Assembly: GCA_963815455.1 (NCBI GenBank)
Contig: CAWFGO010000001.1
Coordinates: 1,376,001-1,440,000 of the forward strand
DNA length: 64,000 nt
Source: an uncultured Verrucomicrobiae bacterium
GTDB lineage: Bacteria > Verrucomicrobiota > Verrucomicrobiia > Chthoniobacterales > UBA10450
Direction of reading: 5' to 3'
In this document: positions 1 to 8,016 of the stretch, one piece after another
Position numbering within the stretch: the first letter of the stretch is position 1
Layout of the letters: the number at the start of each line of letters is the position of its first letter
The notes under the pieces: model-generated
What the model saw: the letters and a program-made list of their open reading frames with translations, nothing else
Databases searched by the model: none
What the model was told of the DNA's origin: nothing
Made by a program: the position numbers and the translations under genes

Positions 1-584
1 TGCGTGGAGAACTCGACGTAGATCCGCTCGTCCTGGGTGCCCAGGAATTCGGCTTTGGAGACATCTTTCACTCGAAGCAGACGCGAGCGCGCCTCTTCCG
101 CGTAATCGCGCAATTCCCGGTGACTGAAACCGTCCGCCGTGAAGCCATAGATGATCCCGTAGGTGTCGCCGAATTCGTCGTTAAAAAACGGCCCGACGAT
201 TCCTTGCGGGAGCGTCTGCCGGATATCGCCGACTTTCTTGCGGACCTGATACCAAAGGTCCGGCACATCCTTCTTAGCGGTAGACTCGAGAAGATAGACA
301 AAGACGGTGGACGTCCCGGCGACGGTATAGCTCTTCAAATAGTAAAGATTGGGCGTGTCTTGCAGCTTCTTCTCGATGCGGTCGGTCACCTGCTGCATGG
401 TCTCGTCCTGGGTCGCGCCCGGCCAGAGCGTCACGACCACCATCGTTTTGACCGTGAATTCGGGGTCTTCATTGCGCCCCAAGTGGAGATACGCCGAGAC
501 CCCAGCCACCAGGCAGACGATCATGAAGTAGATGACGAGCGCCTTGTGGCGGATCGCCAATTCGGTCAGATTGACGCCTTTCAT
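1..584 (-). CDS. RND efflux transporter permease subunit (AcrB/AcrD/AcrF family), runs off the window edge
   Basis: Manual translation from ATG at 584: MKGVNLTELAIRHKALVIYFMIVCLVAGVSAYLHLGRNEDPEFTVKTMVVVTLWPGA...FNDEFGDTYG; start overlaps the stop of the upstream adaptor gene (TAATG). Confidence 0.92.
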   Translation of the reverse strand, partial: MKGVNLTELAIRHKALVIYFMIVCLVAGVSAYLHLGRNEDPEFTVKTMVVVTLWPGATQDETMQQVTDRIEKKLQDTPNLYYLKSYTVAGTSTVFVYLLESTAKKDVPDLWYQVRKKVGDIRQTLPQGIVGPFFNDEFGDTYGIIYGFTADGFSHRELRDYAEEARSRLLRVKDVSKAEFLGTQDERIYVEFST

Positions 585-1694
585 TATTCGCCTCCCAACA
601 GCTTTACGGTTTGACCGTCGTAGAGTTCCTGCACCCCGGCGGTCACCACCCTTTCGCCGGAATTCAGCCCGTCCGTCACGATGACAGAGTCCGGCGCATG
701 GCGCGCAATGACGATTTCCCGCCGGTGCACGCGCTGATCCTTTGCATCGACCACCCAGACCGCGGGCTTGCTTTCGATCATCGTCAGCGCTGAAGAAGGA
801 ATTTCGATCACCGAGTCGCCCTTCAATTTCAGGCGCCCGAGGACCGTCGCCCCCAGAAGCATTCCCGAGGGCGGATCGGTGAGTTCGACTTTGACCTGGT
901 AGTTGCGTGTTACCGGATCGGCCTGCGGCGATATTTCACGGACCTTGCCGTCCACCTTGATCTCTGGATGGTCCGCGAGCCAAACCTCACCTTGCGCACC
1001 TAACGAGAGGCCGTCGCGCATGGCCTGGGCGGGCACGTCGAAAACGGCATCGCGCCCGGTTTGCTGCGCCACCTGCAGGACCATCTTGCCCGCGGGCACG
1101 ACCTCGCCCACCTCGGCCCCTTTTTCCGTGATAACGCCGGCGGCATCGGACTTGAGTTCCGTGTAACTCAACTGTTCTTCGGCCGATTTCAGTTTGGCTT
1201 GCGCCGCATCCAACTGCGCTTGCGACGTCTTTAGCTGGCGCAAGGCGCTATCGTATTCATTGGGGGAGATAACCAACTCGGTAAGCAACTTCTTCTGACG
1301 CCGTTCAAATGCCTCCGATTGGTCCAGCGTGGCTCTCGCGGCGGCAACGTCGGCGTGCGCGGAGTCCCGGGCGTTTCGTTCGACTTCGGCATCCAGCAGC
1401 GCCACCGTCTGCCCGGCTTCGACCTTGTCGCCGACGCCCAGTTTTCTTTCGATGACTCCTCCCGGCGATCCGGAAGGCGAGATTGACCTCGTTGCGCGCG
1501 CGCAGATGGCCGGACACGACCTTTGGGTCCCCGACCTGACGTTTTTCAACAACGACCGAGCGGACCGGGCGGACCACCGGCGGCGGCTCGGTTTTCTTTT
1601 TGCATGCGCCCAATGCCAGAAGCGCGAGGGCCATTGGGATGGCAAGGCGTCCGAGGCCGAACAATGGGGGACAAATGGAATTCAGAATTTTCAT
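584..1694 (-). CDS. RND efflux periplasmic adaptor (MFP) lipoprotein, one frameshift near 1463
   Basis: N-terminus in ORF 1305..1694 (lipobox LALGAC, VRPVRSVVV, NLAFRIAG) continues in ORF 584..1645 (GVIERKLGVGDKV, YTELKSDAAGVIT, ADPVTRNYQVKV). Confidence 0.9.
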
Positions 1695-1852
1695 GAGCGT
1701 CTACAGGTTTCGGTTGTGTGGATGCGGATTTCCGCAAAGAGCAAAAAGCCGCAGTTCTGGAGCGTGCAGGAAACCCGTCGTGTCGCTGGCACGCAGCGGG
1801 TCGCGGGCGAGGCCCGGAAAAGGTGAATCGTCAGCGCCTTGGAGCATCGTTT

Positions 1853-2218
1853 TCATGTTTTTGCTCCAATTTTCGCGCCGGACCGAAATAGCTCGAGAGC
1901 TTGTGTCATCTGGCGTTTGTTTTGCTCGGTCAGCGGCCCGCTGCCGCTGCCGGGGATGACCCAGAAACCAAAGTCGTGGTCATGACAGTAGAAAACTTCG
2001 ATGTTTTGTTGCGGAACCGCATGGTAGAAGCTGGAGTGCGGATGGTCGGCCATTAGGCGCAGGAACTCCTCCCGCCAGGGATCACCGACGAACTCATCCT
2101 CATGCTCCTTCGCGATCTTCCTTAGTTCTTCGATGCTGATGCTTCGCAAAGACTCTAGGATGTGTTTTCGCCGCTCTTCATGGAGGGTTTCAATATTTAC
2201 GAATTCATCGAATGGCAT
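1853..2218 (-). CDS. Hypothetical protein, 121 aa
   Basis: Strong SD (AAAGGAGGT) upstream of ATG; protein-like composition. Confidence 0.75.
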   Translation of the reverse strand: MPFDEFVNIETLHEERRKHILESLRSISIEELRKIAKEHEDEFVGDPWREEFLRLMADHPHSSFYHAVPQQNIEVFYCHDHDFGFWVIPGSGSGPLTEQNKRQMTQALELFRSGAKIGAKT

Positions 2219-2233
2219 AACGACTACCTCCTT

Positions 2234-2434
2234 TCACGATTGGTTGCAGTAGGCACATTGGTTCGCATCAAGAGGGAGACGCGCGAGAACCAGACGCAGC
2301 TTGCGCTGCTCATATCCCGCAAGCGTTTGCGGCCCACTCTGCCATTGCGCCACTAGCTTGGCGGTTCGGCCTGGCTCGAGTCCTCGCGCGGAGCCTATCA
2401 TCCACGGAGTGCCCGGTTCAATTATTTTGTTCAT
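2234..2434 (-). CDS. Small hypothetical protein (MNKIIEPG...), paralog of 3032..3247
   Basis: SD-like AAGGAAG before ATG; shares AKL.xQWQxG.xT..G..Q.KL.L..A..P with 3032..3247. Confidence 0.6.
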   Translation of the reverse strand: MNKIIEPGTPWMIGSARGLEPGRTAKLVAQWQSGPQTLAGYEQRKLRLVLARLPLDANQCAYCNQS

Positions 2435-2444
2435 GACTTCCTTT

Positions 2445-2726
2445 CTATTGCTGAAGAAACGATGACTCGCGGAAGGCTGTTTGTGAAAGACCATGTTTCT
2501 TGTCTCGGTATGCCTGGCAGGCATGGTGCGCCTGTGCGCTTTGGAACTGTGACGTGTGTCTCAGTAGCTCTTCGAACCGGGACTCGTACGCATCGCAGAG
2601 GGGAGAATCGCCATTCGGTTGGACCCAATCCGGATGCTGTGCGCGGAGCGCATCGTGCATCTCGCGCTGAAGCTCGGCGTAGGCCGGAACTTCAGTCGCG
2701 GCAGTTGAGCAATGGACCGTGTTCAT
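2445..2726 (-). CDS. Small hypothetical protein (MNTVHCSTAATEVPAYAELQREMHDALRAQHPDWVQPNGDSPLCDAYESRF...)
   Basis: ORF packed 2 nt after the preceding stop; helical protein-like sequence. Confidence 0.65.
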   Translation of the reverse strand: MNTVHCSTAATEVPAYAELQREMHDALRAQHPDWVQPNGDSPLCDAYESRFEELLRHTSQFQSAQAHHACQAYRDKKHGLSQTAFRESSFLQQ

Positions 2727-2728
2727 CT

Positions 2729-2941
2729 TTAACCCCAGACGTTCTCGCGCGGCGGAGGCGGATTGAAGATCTGATTCCAACCGCGATCAGAGTTGAAGAT
2801 CGACATGTTGAGGACCAGCATCGGGTCGCCGGACCGCCTGGCGGCGACAGCCCGTTCAACCGAGGCGAGGCGCCGCAACGAAACAGGCACATGAACAGGC
2901 TGAGCGATATTACGGTGACTGGAATTTAACGTTTTAATGAT
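2729..2941 (-). CDS. Putative 70-aa protein with non-canonical ATC/ATT start
   Basis: SD AAAGGAGA 5 nt before ATC; open frame IIKTLNSSHRNIAQPVHV...FNSDRGWNQIFNPPPPRENVWG* ending 2 nt before next ATG. Confidence 0.45.
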   Translation of the reverse strand: MIKTLNSSHRNIAQPVHVPVSLRRLASVERAVAARRSGDPMLVLNMSIFNSDRGWNQIFNPPPPRENVWG

Positions 2942-3031
2942 GGTCGTCTCCTTTCGTTAGGCTCTCCGGCGTTGAAGCCGAACAGCCCGAGAACTAAAAT
3001 CCAAAAGATCGACGTCGTGATCATGTCCGTA

Positions 3032-3247
3032 TTACTGGTTAACTGTTAAAACTGCCGAGGCGGGAGAATGGGCGAACGTTAAATGCAGTTTCCACTGCGC
3101 TTGTCCCGACATCGTCTCAATCCCGCGCTGCCATTGGCCGATTAACTTCGCGCCCGCTGACAACTGACATGGGGCGGCCTGTTTGAGAACATCAGCAGCC
3201 ATCTCCCGATGGCTTGTCTTGGATGGATAAAAGTCTGTCGCATTCAT
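3032..3247 (-). CDS. Small hypothetical protein (MNATDFYP...), paralog of 2234..2434
   Basis: ATG directly downstream of 42-bp repeated element; similarity to 2234..2434. Confidence 0.6.
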   Translation of the reverse strand: MNATDFYPSKTSHREMAADVLKQAAPCQLSAGAKLIGQWQRGIETMSGQAQWKLHLTFAHSPASAVLTVNQ

Positions 3248-3258
3248 ATTATTCTCTG

Positions 3259-3300
3259 ACACCTCTATCTTCCGAGTTTGCTGACAGACATTTCAGGAAA
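3259..3300 (-). promoter_or_regulatory. Copy 1 of 42-bp promoter-like element
   Basis: 36/42 identical to 3605..3646; 11 nt upstream of ATGAAT start. Confidence 0.6.
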
Positions 3301-3389
3301 TCTTGCGATTTTGCTGAGCGACAGACGGCTATCGCTATAGGTAGGTTTCATCTCGTACGGCGCTACTGTTTTGGTTTTAAGTGTGGTGT

Positions 3390-3593
3390 TCATGGCCATC
3401 TCATTTCATTTCGTTGCTGGATAAAGGACAGTTCGTTCGCCGGTAAGCTCTTTTGAAAGACTTCGTTTCTTCCCTTGGCAAACCTGGAGAGCATGCTTCG
3501 TCGAACCCTAACGATCGTGCTTCGCCTGTTGAAAACACCGCCGTCCGCGGCGTTGCAGCTTGGTTCGTAATGGTAGGTGCAGGTAGGATTCAT
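3390..3593 (-). CDS. Small hypothetical protein (MNPTCTYHYEP...)
   Basis: ATG at the same 11-nt spacing from the 42-bp element as 3247. Confidence 0.45.
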   Translation of the reverse strand: MNPTCTYHYEPSCNAADGGVFNRRSTIVRVRRSMLSRFAKGRNEVFQKSLPANELSFIQQRNEMRWP

Positions 3594-3604
3594 ACTATTT
3601 TGTA

Positions 3605-3646
3605 ACACCTCTATTTCCCGAGTTTGGCGAATGACATTTCAGGAAA
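3605..3646 (-). promoter_or_regulatory. Copy 2 of 42-bp promoter-like element
   Basis: Minus strand TTTCCTGAAATGTC-N6-CAAACTCGGGAAATAGAGGTGT; 36/42 identical to copy 1. Confidence 0.6.
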
Positions 3647-3718
3647 CGTGAATTTTTTTGCGCGCTCCCGTTTCGCGCAGTTACGCGCGCGCACGAGAGC
3701 TCCGTAACGAGCAGCGCG

Positions 3719-3763
3719 CGTAGCAGCAGCGCATCGGGTCCAGACTTGGAAGTCTGCGCTACG
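3719..3763. repeat. REP-like palindrome after kinase stop
   Basis: Minus strand GTAGCGCAGACTTCCAAGTCTG hairpin with GTAG end; CGTAGC...GCTACG outer inverted repeat. Confidence 0.6.
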
Positions 3764-3765
3764 AC

Positions 3766-6564
3766 TTAGTAGCGAACCGGCGGCGGATTCTTCAGCAGTT
3801 CTTCAAACCTTGGGTCCTTGCGTAAAGGATCCCAGTAAGGTGAGTATCGAAGTTCGCCTGGGTGAATTCCGCCCGGCACTTCGAGCAGGTGCGGAAGCGC
3901 GTCAATCGCAGCATCGACTTCACCCAATTGTGCCAGAGCTTTTGCGCGAAAAGCTTCGGCGATTGGCTTGAGCAGAGCGTCGTTCTCGTACTCGGCAACA
4001 CCTAGCCTCGCCTGCCCGTGCGCATTTGCTTTGTCGCCGAGCCCGGCATACGCCGCGGCAAGCTCGAGCCTCGCTCCGAGAATCGGCGGAGCGGGGAGAA
4101 CACCCCCAGGCGCAACGTCCTGAATGACGCCCTCGAACGTGACACGCGCTTCCTCATTTCGGCCCGCCCAGAGCTGACAATATCCCTGAAGCACGAGGGC
4201 AAAGATGTCCTGGGTGTCGAGCGCTTGTCCAGGACCGGGAGAGGTTGTTGCCTTCTTAGCCCAGAAGATTGCTTCGTCGAAGTTACGTTCTAACAACGCC
4301 TGATCCACGCGATGTATAAGAACCGTTTTGTCGGTAGAATCCTTGGAGATACGGGCAAGCACTTTGGCGGCTTTATCTAACCGGCCTTCCTGTTGGTATT
4401 GCTCAGCCTTGAGTGCGATAACGAACTCATCCTTGGGCGAAATCTCCAGGGCGCGGTCATATGCAGCTTGTGCCTCTGCCGCTCGGCCTAACGGCCAAAA
4501 TATATCGTTGGCAACATTGGTCCAAAGCCGGGCATTGCGTGGGTCAAGCTCGATTGCCCGCGCCAGATGAGCTTCTGCTTTTCTCCAACGACCGAGGCGA
4601 CGCTCCGCGTAAGCCGTGTATTCGCTAACCAGCGCGCTATTGGGCAAACGTTTTTCAGCTTCGCGATAGGCTTCCAGCGCCGCCGCGGGATCGTCCAACA
4701 CTCGGTAGCGATACGTGCCTTGGGCCAGCCATGCTTCGCCCAGTTCTGGGGCCAGTGCGATCGCGCGATCTGCAGTCTCCTTAACTGCCGCCGCTGAATT
4801 CACGTTCGGATCGACGCCGTGGTAGTAGAGGAAACTCCGAACAACGCTGAGTCTGGCCCAGGCTAGGGCAAAATTCGGGTCGAGTTGGACGGCTTCCGCA
4901 TAAGTCTTGGCAGCGTCCTCAAAGGAGTTGCCACCGGGTTGACTTTGCTCGATACCAACGCCACGCAGATAAGCATTGTAAGAAGCCGTAATCGCCGTCG
5001 GACGTTGCGTGCTAATCCTTTGCACGAGCTTCGCATCCAGTTGCTGTGCGATCGAATTGGCTACGTCGGTTTCGACGGCAAAAACATCATCGAGCTTGCG
5101 GTCGTAACTGCTGGCCCAGAGGTGAGCGTTGGTGCGTGTGTCGATCAGCTGCACATTCACGCGGACCTTGTCGGCTGACCTTTGCAGCGATCCTTCTAAT
5201 ACTCTCCCGACGCTAAGTTGCCGACCGACGGTTCTTAGATCGACAGGTCTGCTCTGGTAGCTCTCCGTGGACGTGCGCGCGATGACCTTCAGGTCAGCCA
5301 GACCGGCGAGCTTGGTCAGAATTTCATCCTGAATACCGATCGCGAGAAATCGATCTTCTGCGTTGGAACTAAGATTTTCGAATGGAAGAACCGCGATTGC
5401 TCGATCCAGCCCGGAGGCCGATGCCCTACGTTGAAAGAGGAGATTGGCGAGAAAGAGGAAAGCGAGTGCAAGCGCGAGTCCTACTGAGACAAGAACGGCG
5501 CGTTTCCGCCGCCGGCGGGCAGCGGGCTCGAAACGGATATGACACCGGTGAATGCTTGTCAGCAACTCGCGCGCGGTTTGCGGTCGCTTTGCTGGATCGA
5601 CAGCTAACACTGACTTCAACAACGTCACGCATCCGAGCGGGATATGCACATTCTTCAGCTGCTTCAACGGAAGCGGCTCGGCTTGCTTTGCCCGAACTTC
5701 CTCGATCGAGCGGCCGGCGAAAGGCATTTGCCCGGTAAGGAGGTACCAAAAGGTCACGCCTAACGAGTAAACGTCAGAGCGTGTGTCGATCGGTTGCTGA
5801 CCCGATTCATCGAATTGCTCCGGACTAGCGAAGGCAGGAGTTCCGATGAAACCAGCTTGCGTTCGATAGGCCGTCTCGGTTTGTGCAGCGATCACTTTTG
5901 CGATGCCGTAATCGATTATCTTAACCAACAGCTGATCGCCTGCATGCGACTCGATCATCAAGTTCGATGGTTTTAGATCACGATGGATAACTCCACATTC
6001 CTCTCCGGCGGCCAGGCCGCGCGCCGTTTGTTCCACTACTTCAAGAGCGAGGCTCAAAGGAAGTGGCCCGTCGCGTTGCACTCGCCCTTCGAGCGTTTCA
6101 CCATGGACAAGCTCCATCGCATAAAAGCATTCCCCATCCTGCTCGCCGTAATACATGACTCGCGCAACATTTGGGTGATGAATCTGCGCGGCCGCCCGGG
6201 CTTCGCGCAGGAATCGGGCACGAGCAGCAGGATCTTCCGCCAACTTTCGACTGATGACTTTAAGAGCGACCGTTGAATTGAGAATGGTGTCGCGCGCGCG
6301 ATATGTAACCGCCATTGCCCCAGAGCCGAGTATGACCGGATAACCGTCAGGATTTACTTCGACCTCGAAATGAGCGTAGCGCAACGGACCGAGTCTGGCT
6401 TGATTGCCGTCGCTTGGCCGCTCGACTTCGTGATCCTCGGCCAGAAAGCCAAAGCTAACCAGGCAACGCACACATTCGCCATCAGGACCCGGGTGGGTGA
6501 TTGATCGTCCACAGCGCGCGCAAACTCCTGCGCCAATTCCTTGCTGAGGCGCTACGACATTCAT
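3766..6564 (-). CDS. Membrane Ser/Thr protein kinase with TolB-like N-terminal domain and TPR repeats
   Basis: GSGAMAVTY, VALK, HRDLKPSN, DYG, GTPAFASPE motifs; TM after RRRRKR; IAVLPFENLS module; TPR-like helices; N-terminal CxxC...CxxC. Confidence 0.95.
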   Translation of the reverse strand: MNVVAPQQGIGAGVCARCGRSITHPGPDGECVRCLVSFGFLAEDHEVERPSDGNQARLGPLRYAHFEVEVNPDGYPVILGSGAMAVTYRARDTILNSTVALKVISRKLAEDPAARARFLREARAAAQIHHPNVARVMYYGEQDGECFYAMELVHGETLEGRVQRDGPLPLSLALEVVEQTARGLAAGEECGVIHRDLKPSNLMIESHAGDQLLVKIIDYGIAKVIAAQTETAYRTQAGFIGTPAFASPEQFDESGQQPIDTRSDVYSLGVTFWYLLTGQMPFAGRSIEEVRAKQAEPLPLKQLKNVHIPLGCVTLLKSVLAVDPAKRPQTARELLTSIHRCHIRFEPAARRRRKRAVLVSVGLALALAFLFLANLLFQRRASASGLDRAIAVLPFENLSSNAEDRFLAIGIQDEILTKLAGLADLKVIARTSTESYQSRPVDLRTVGRQLSVGRVLEGSLQRSADKVRVNVQLIDTRTNAHLWASSYDRKLDDVFAVETDVANSIAQQLDAKLVQRISTQRPTAITASYNAYLRGVGIEQSQPGGNSFEDAAKTYAEAVQLDPNFALAWARLSVVRSFLYYHGVDPNVNSAAAVKETADRAIALAPELGEAWLAQGTYRYRVLDDPAAALEAYREAEKRLPNSALVSEYTAYAERRLGRWRKAEAHLARAIELDPRNARLWTNVANDIFWPLGRAAEAQAAYDRALEISPKDEFVIALKAEQYQQEGRLDKAAKVLARISKDSTDKTVLIHRVDQALLERNFDEAIFWAKKATTSPGPGQALDTQDIFALVLQGYCQLWAGRNEEARVTFEGVIQDVAPGGVLPAPPILGARLELAAAYAGLGDKANAHGQARLGVAEYENDALLKPIAEAFRAKALAQLGEVDAAIDALPHLLEVPGGIHPGELRYSPYWDPLRKDPRFEELLKNPPPVRY

Positions 6565-7322
6565 GCCGTGAGAATCCGGTAAACGTAATGCAGCTCGTCA
6601 TCGATGTCCTTCGGATCGGAAACCGTGCTCGCCACTTCGGCCCGCAAGGCATGCCGATAGGTTTGGCGCAATCGCGAAAGTGAGACTCGGAAATTCTCAA
6701 CCGACGTGCCGAGTCGTTTCGCCACTTCCTCCTGATTCGGCGCCGTCGCTGTTCCACCGGCCACGAACGGCCTTAGCTCATCGACCCACTCCCGTTTGCC
6801 CTCGGCGGCGAACCTGTCGCGCACGTTCTTCCACGCGCGTGTCACGACACTGGAAGCCCACGCCAGATCGTATGAGCTGACATCGCTCAAATGAGCAGTC
6901 GCGTTCATCGCAGCCTCGGCATCGATCAGTTGATCGTCAAACGACACAATCTGACGCCCGCCGCCTCGTTTCATCGCGCTCATGCGCTCACGCTGCTTGA
7001 GCAGGAAATTTTGCAACGAGCCGAGCAGAAAGGTGCGGAGCCGTCCCTTTTCGCGATCGGCGCGGCTCAATGTCTTCTGTTTGAGTAAATGCTCGAAGAA
7101 ACCCTGGACCAGGTCTTGCGCGTCGGCGGGGGAATAGCCGCGGCGCCGAATGAATGTGTAAAGCGGCGGCCAATACATTTCACTAAACACGGCGAGCGCT
7201 TTCCGCGCCGACTCATCAGCCTCGGCCCTGCCAGCCTGCAACACGACGGTCCAGTGCGTCGTCTGGAACGGCGCTCCACCTTCTTGCAGCGTGCCCGGGA
7301 TCGGTTTCGTAAAACTCCGCAA
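6561..7322 (-). CDS. ECF sigma-70 factor of the kinase-associated type
   Basis: FQTTHWTVV, YWPPLYTFIRRRG, DAQDLVQGFF, KGRLRTFLL, region 4 EEVAKRLGTSVENFRVSLSRLR; ATGA overlap with kinase; exact start uncertain. Confidence 0.92.
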   Translation of the reverse strand: MRSFTKPIPGTLQEGGAPFQTTHWTVVLQAGRAEADESARKALAVFSEMYWPPLYTFIRRRGYSPADAQDLVQGFFEHLLKQKTLSRADREKGRLRTFLLGSLQNFLLKQRERMSAMKRGGGRQIVSFDDQLIDAEAAMNATAHLSDVSSYDLAWASSVVTRAWKNVRDRFAAEGKREWVDELRPFVAGGTATAPNQEEVAKRLGTSVENFRVSLSRLRQTYRHALRAEVASTVSDPKDIDDELHYVYRILTA

Positions 7323-7879
7323 ACTATGAATAAACCGAGACGCTTTTGCGAGACAAAAGCAATCCGCTTGGCGCCTTCGGCTATTCCGGTTCAGGAGTTG
7401 GTCACCGTCTAAATGGATCTGCGGTCTAAACGTTGCTAATTTTCTTCGTCGATCTCAAGTTCGCTGCTGCGGCTTCTATCGCCATCAATTGCGGACTACT
7501 GGTGAATCCGCTCCAATGCGAGAGCGAAGAGCCGATCGCTGTTGCGTATGTGGCGTGACCGGTATTCGCGGATTTTATCTGGCAGTCTCTGTTTTGCGAC
7601 GGAGAAGACTGCCGTCTCAAGGCCATGCTCTCAAAATCCTTCGGCCGCGTCGCCCGAGATCGGAGCCAAGACTCAAAGCGGATCAATCCGCCGCCTCACC
7701 CGGCGTCAATCAGGGGCGCAGAGGTGCCCGCCTTGATGAATGGGCTTGCCTCTTCGAAGGGAATGCGGACAGTGCGCTACGGAATCCACACGTTGTGCCC
7801 GTTTTTGTCTGAGGGATACAAAAGGGGGATACAATGGCCGAAAAAAGTGAATGAGAATGGAAGGTTTTCCCTCGTAAAT

Positions 7880-7955
7880 GCCGGCATAGCTCAGTTGGTA
7901 GAGCAGCTGATTTGTAATCAGCAGGTCGTCGGTTCGAATCCGACTGCCGGCTCCA
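7880..7955 (+). tRNA. tRNA-Thr(TGT)
   Basis: GCCGGCA acceptor stem, AGCTCAGTTGGTAGAGC D-arm, anticodon loop TTTGTAA, GGTTCGAATCC T-arm, encoded CCA. Confidence 0.97.
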
Positions 7956-8016
7956 TTACAAGCCCTTTTCCATCAGTGGATTGCTGAGCAAAAGCGCTCG
8001 GCATCAGCGAAAATCA

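Noticed and set aside
1455..1470. Programmed frameshifting in the MFP gene (and purD, kinase 17505)
   Set aside because: No convincing slippery site plus stimulator; indels are widespread, favouring sequence error
7625..7987. 120-aa plus-strand ORF
   Set aside because: Reads through the tRNA-Thr gene; typical tRNA shadow translation
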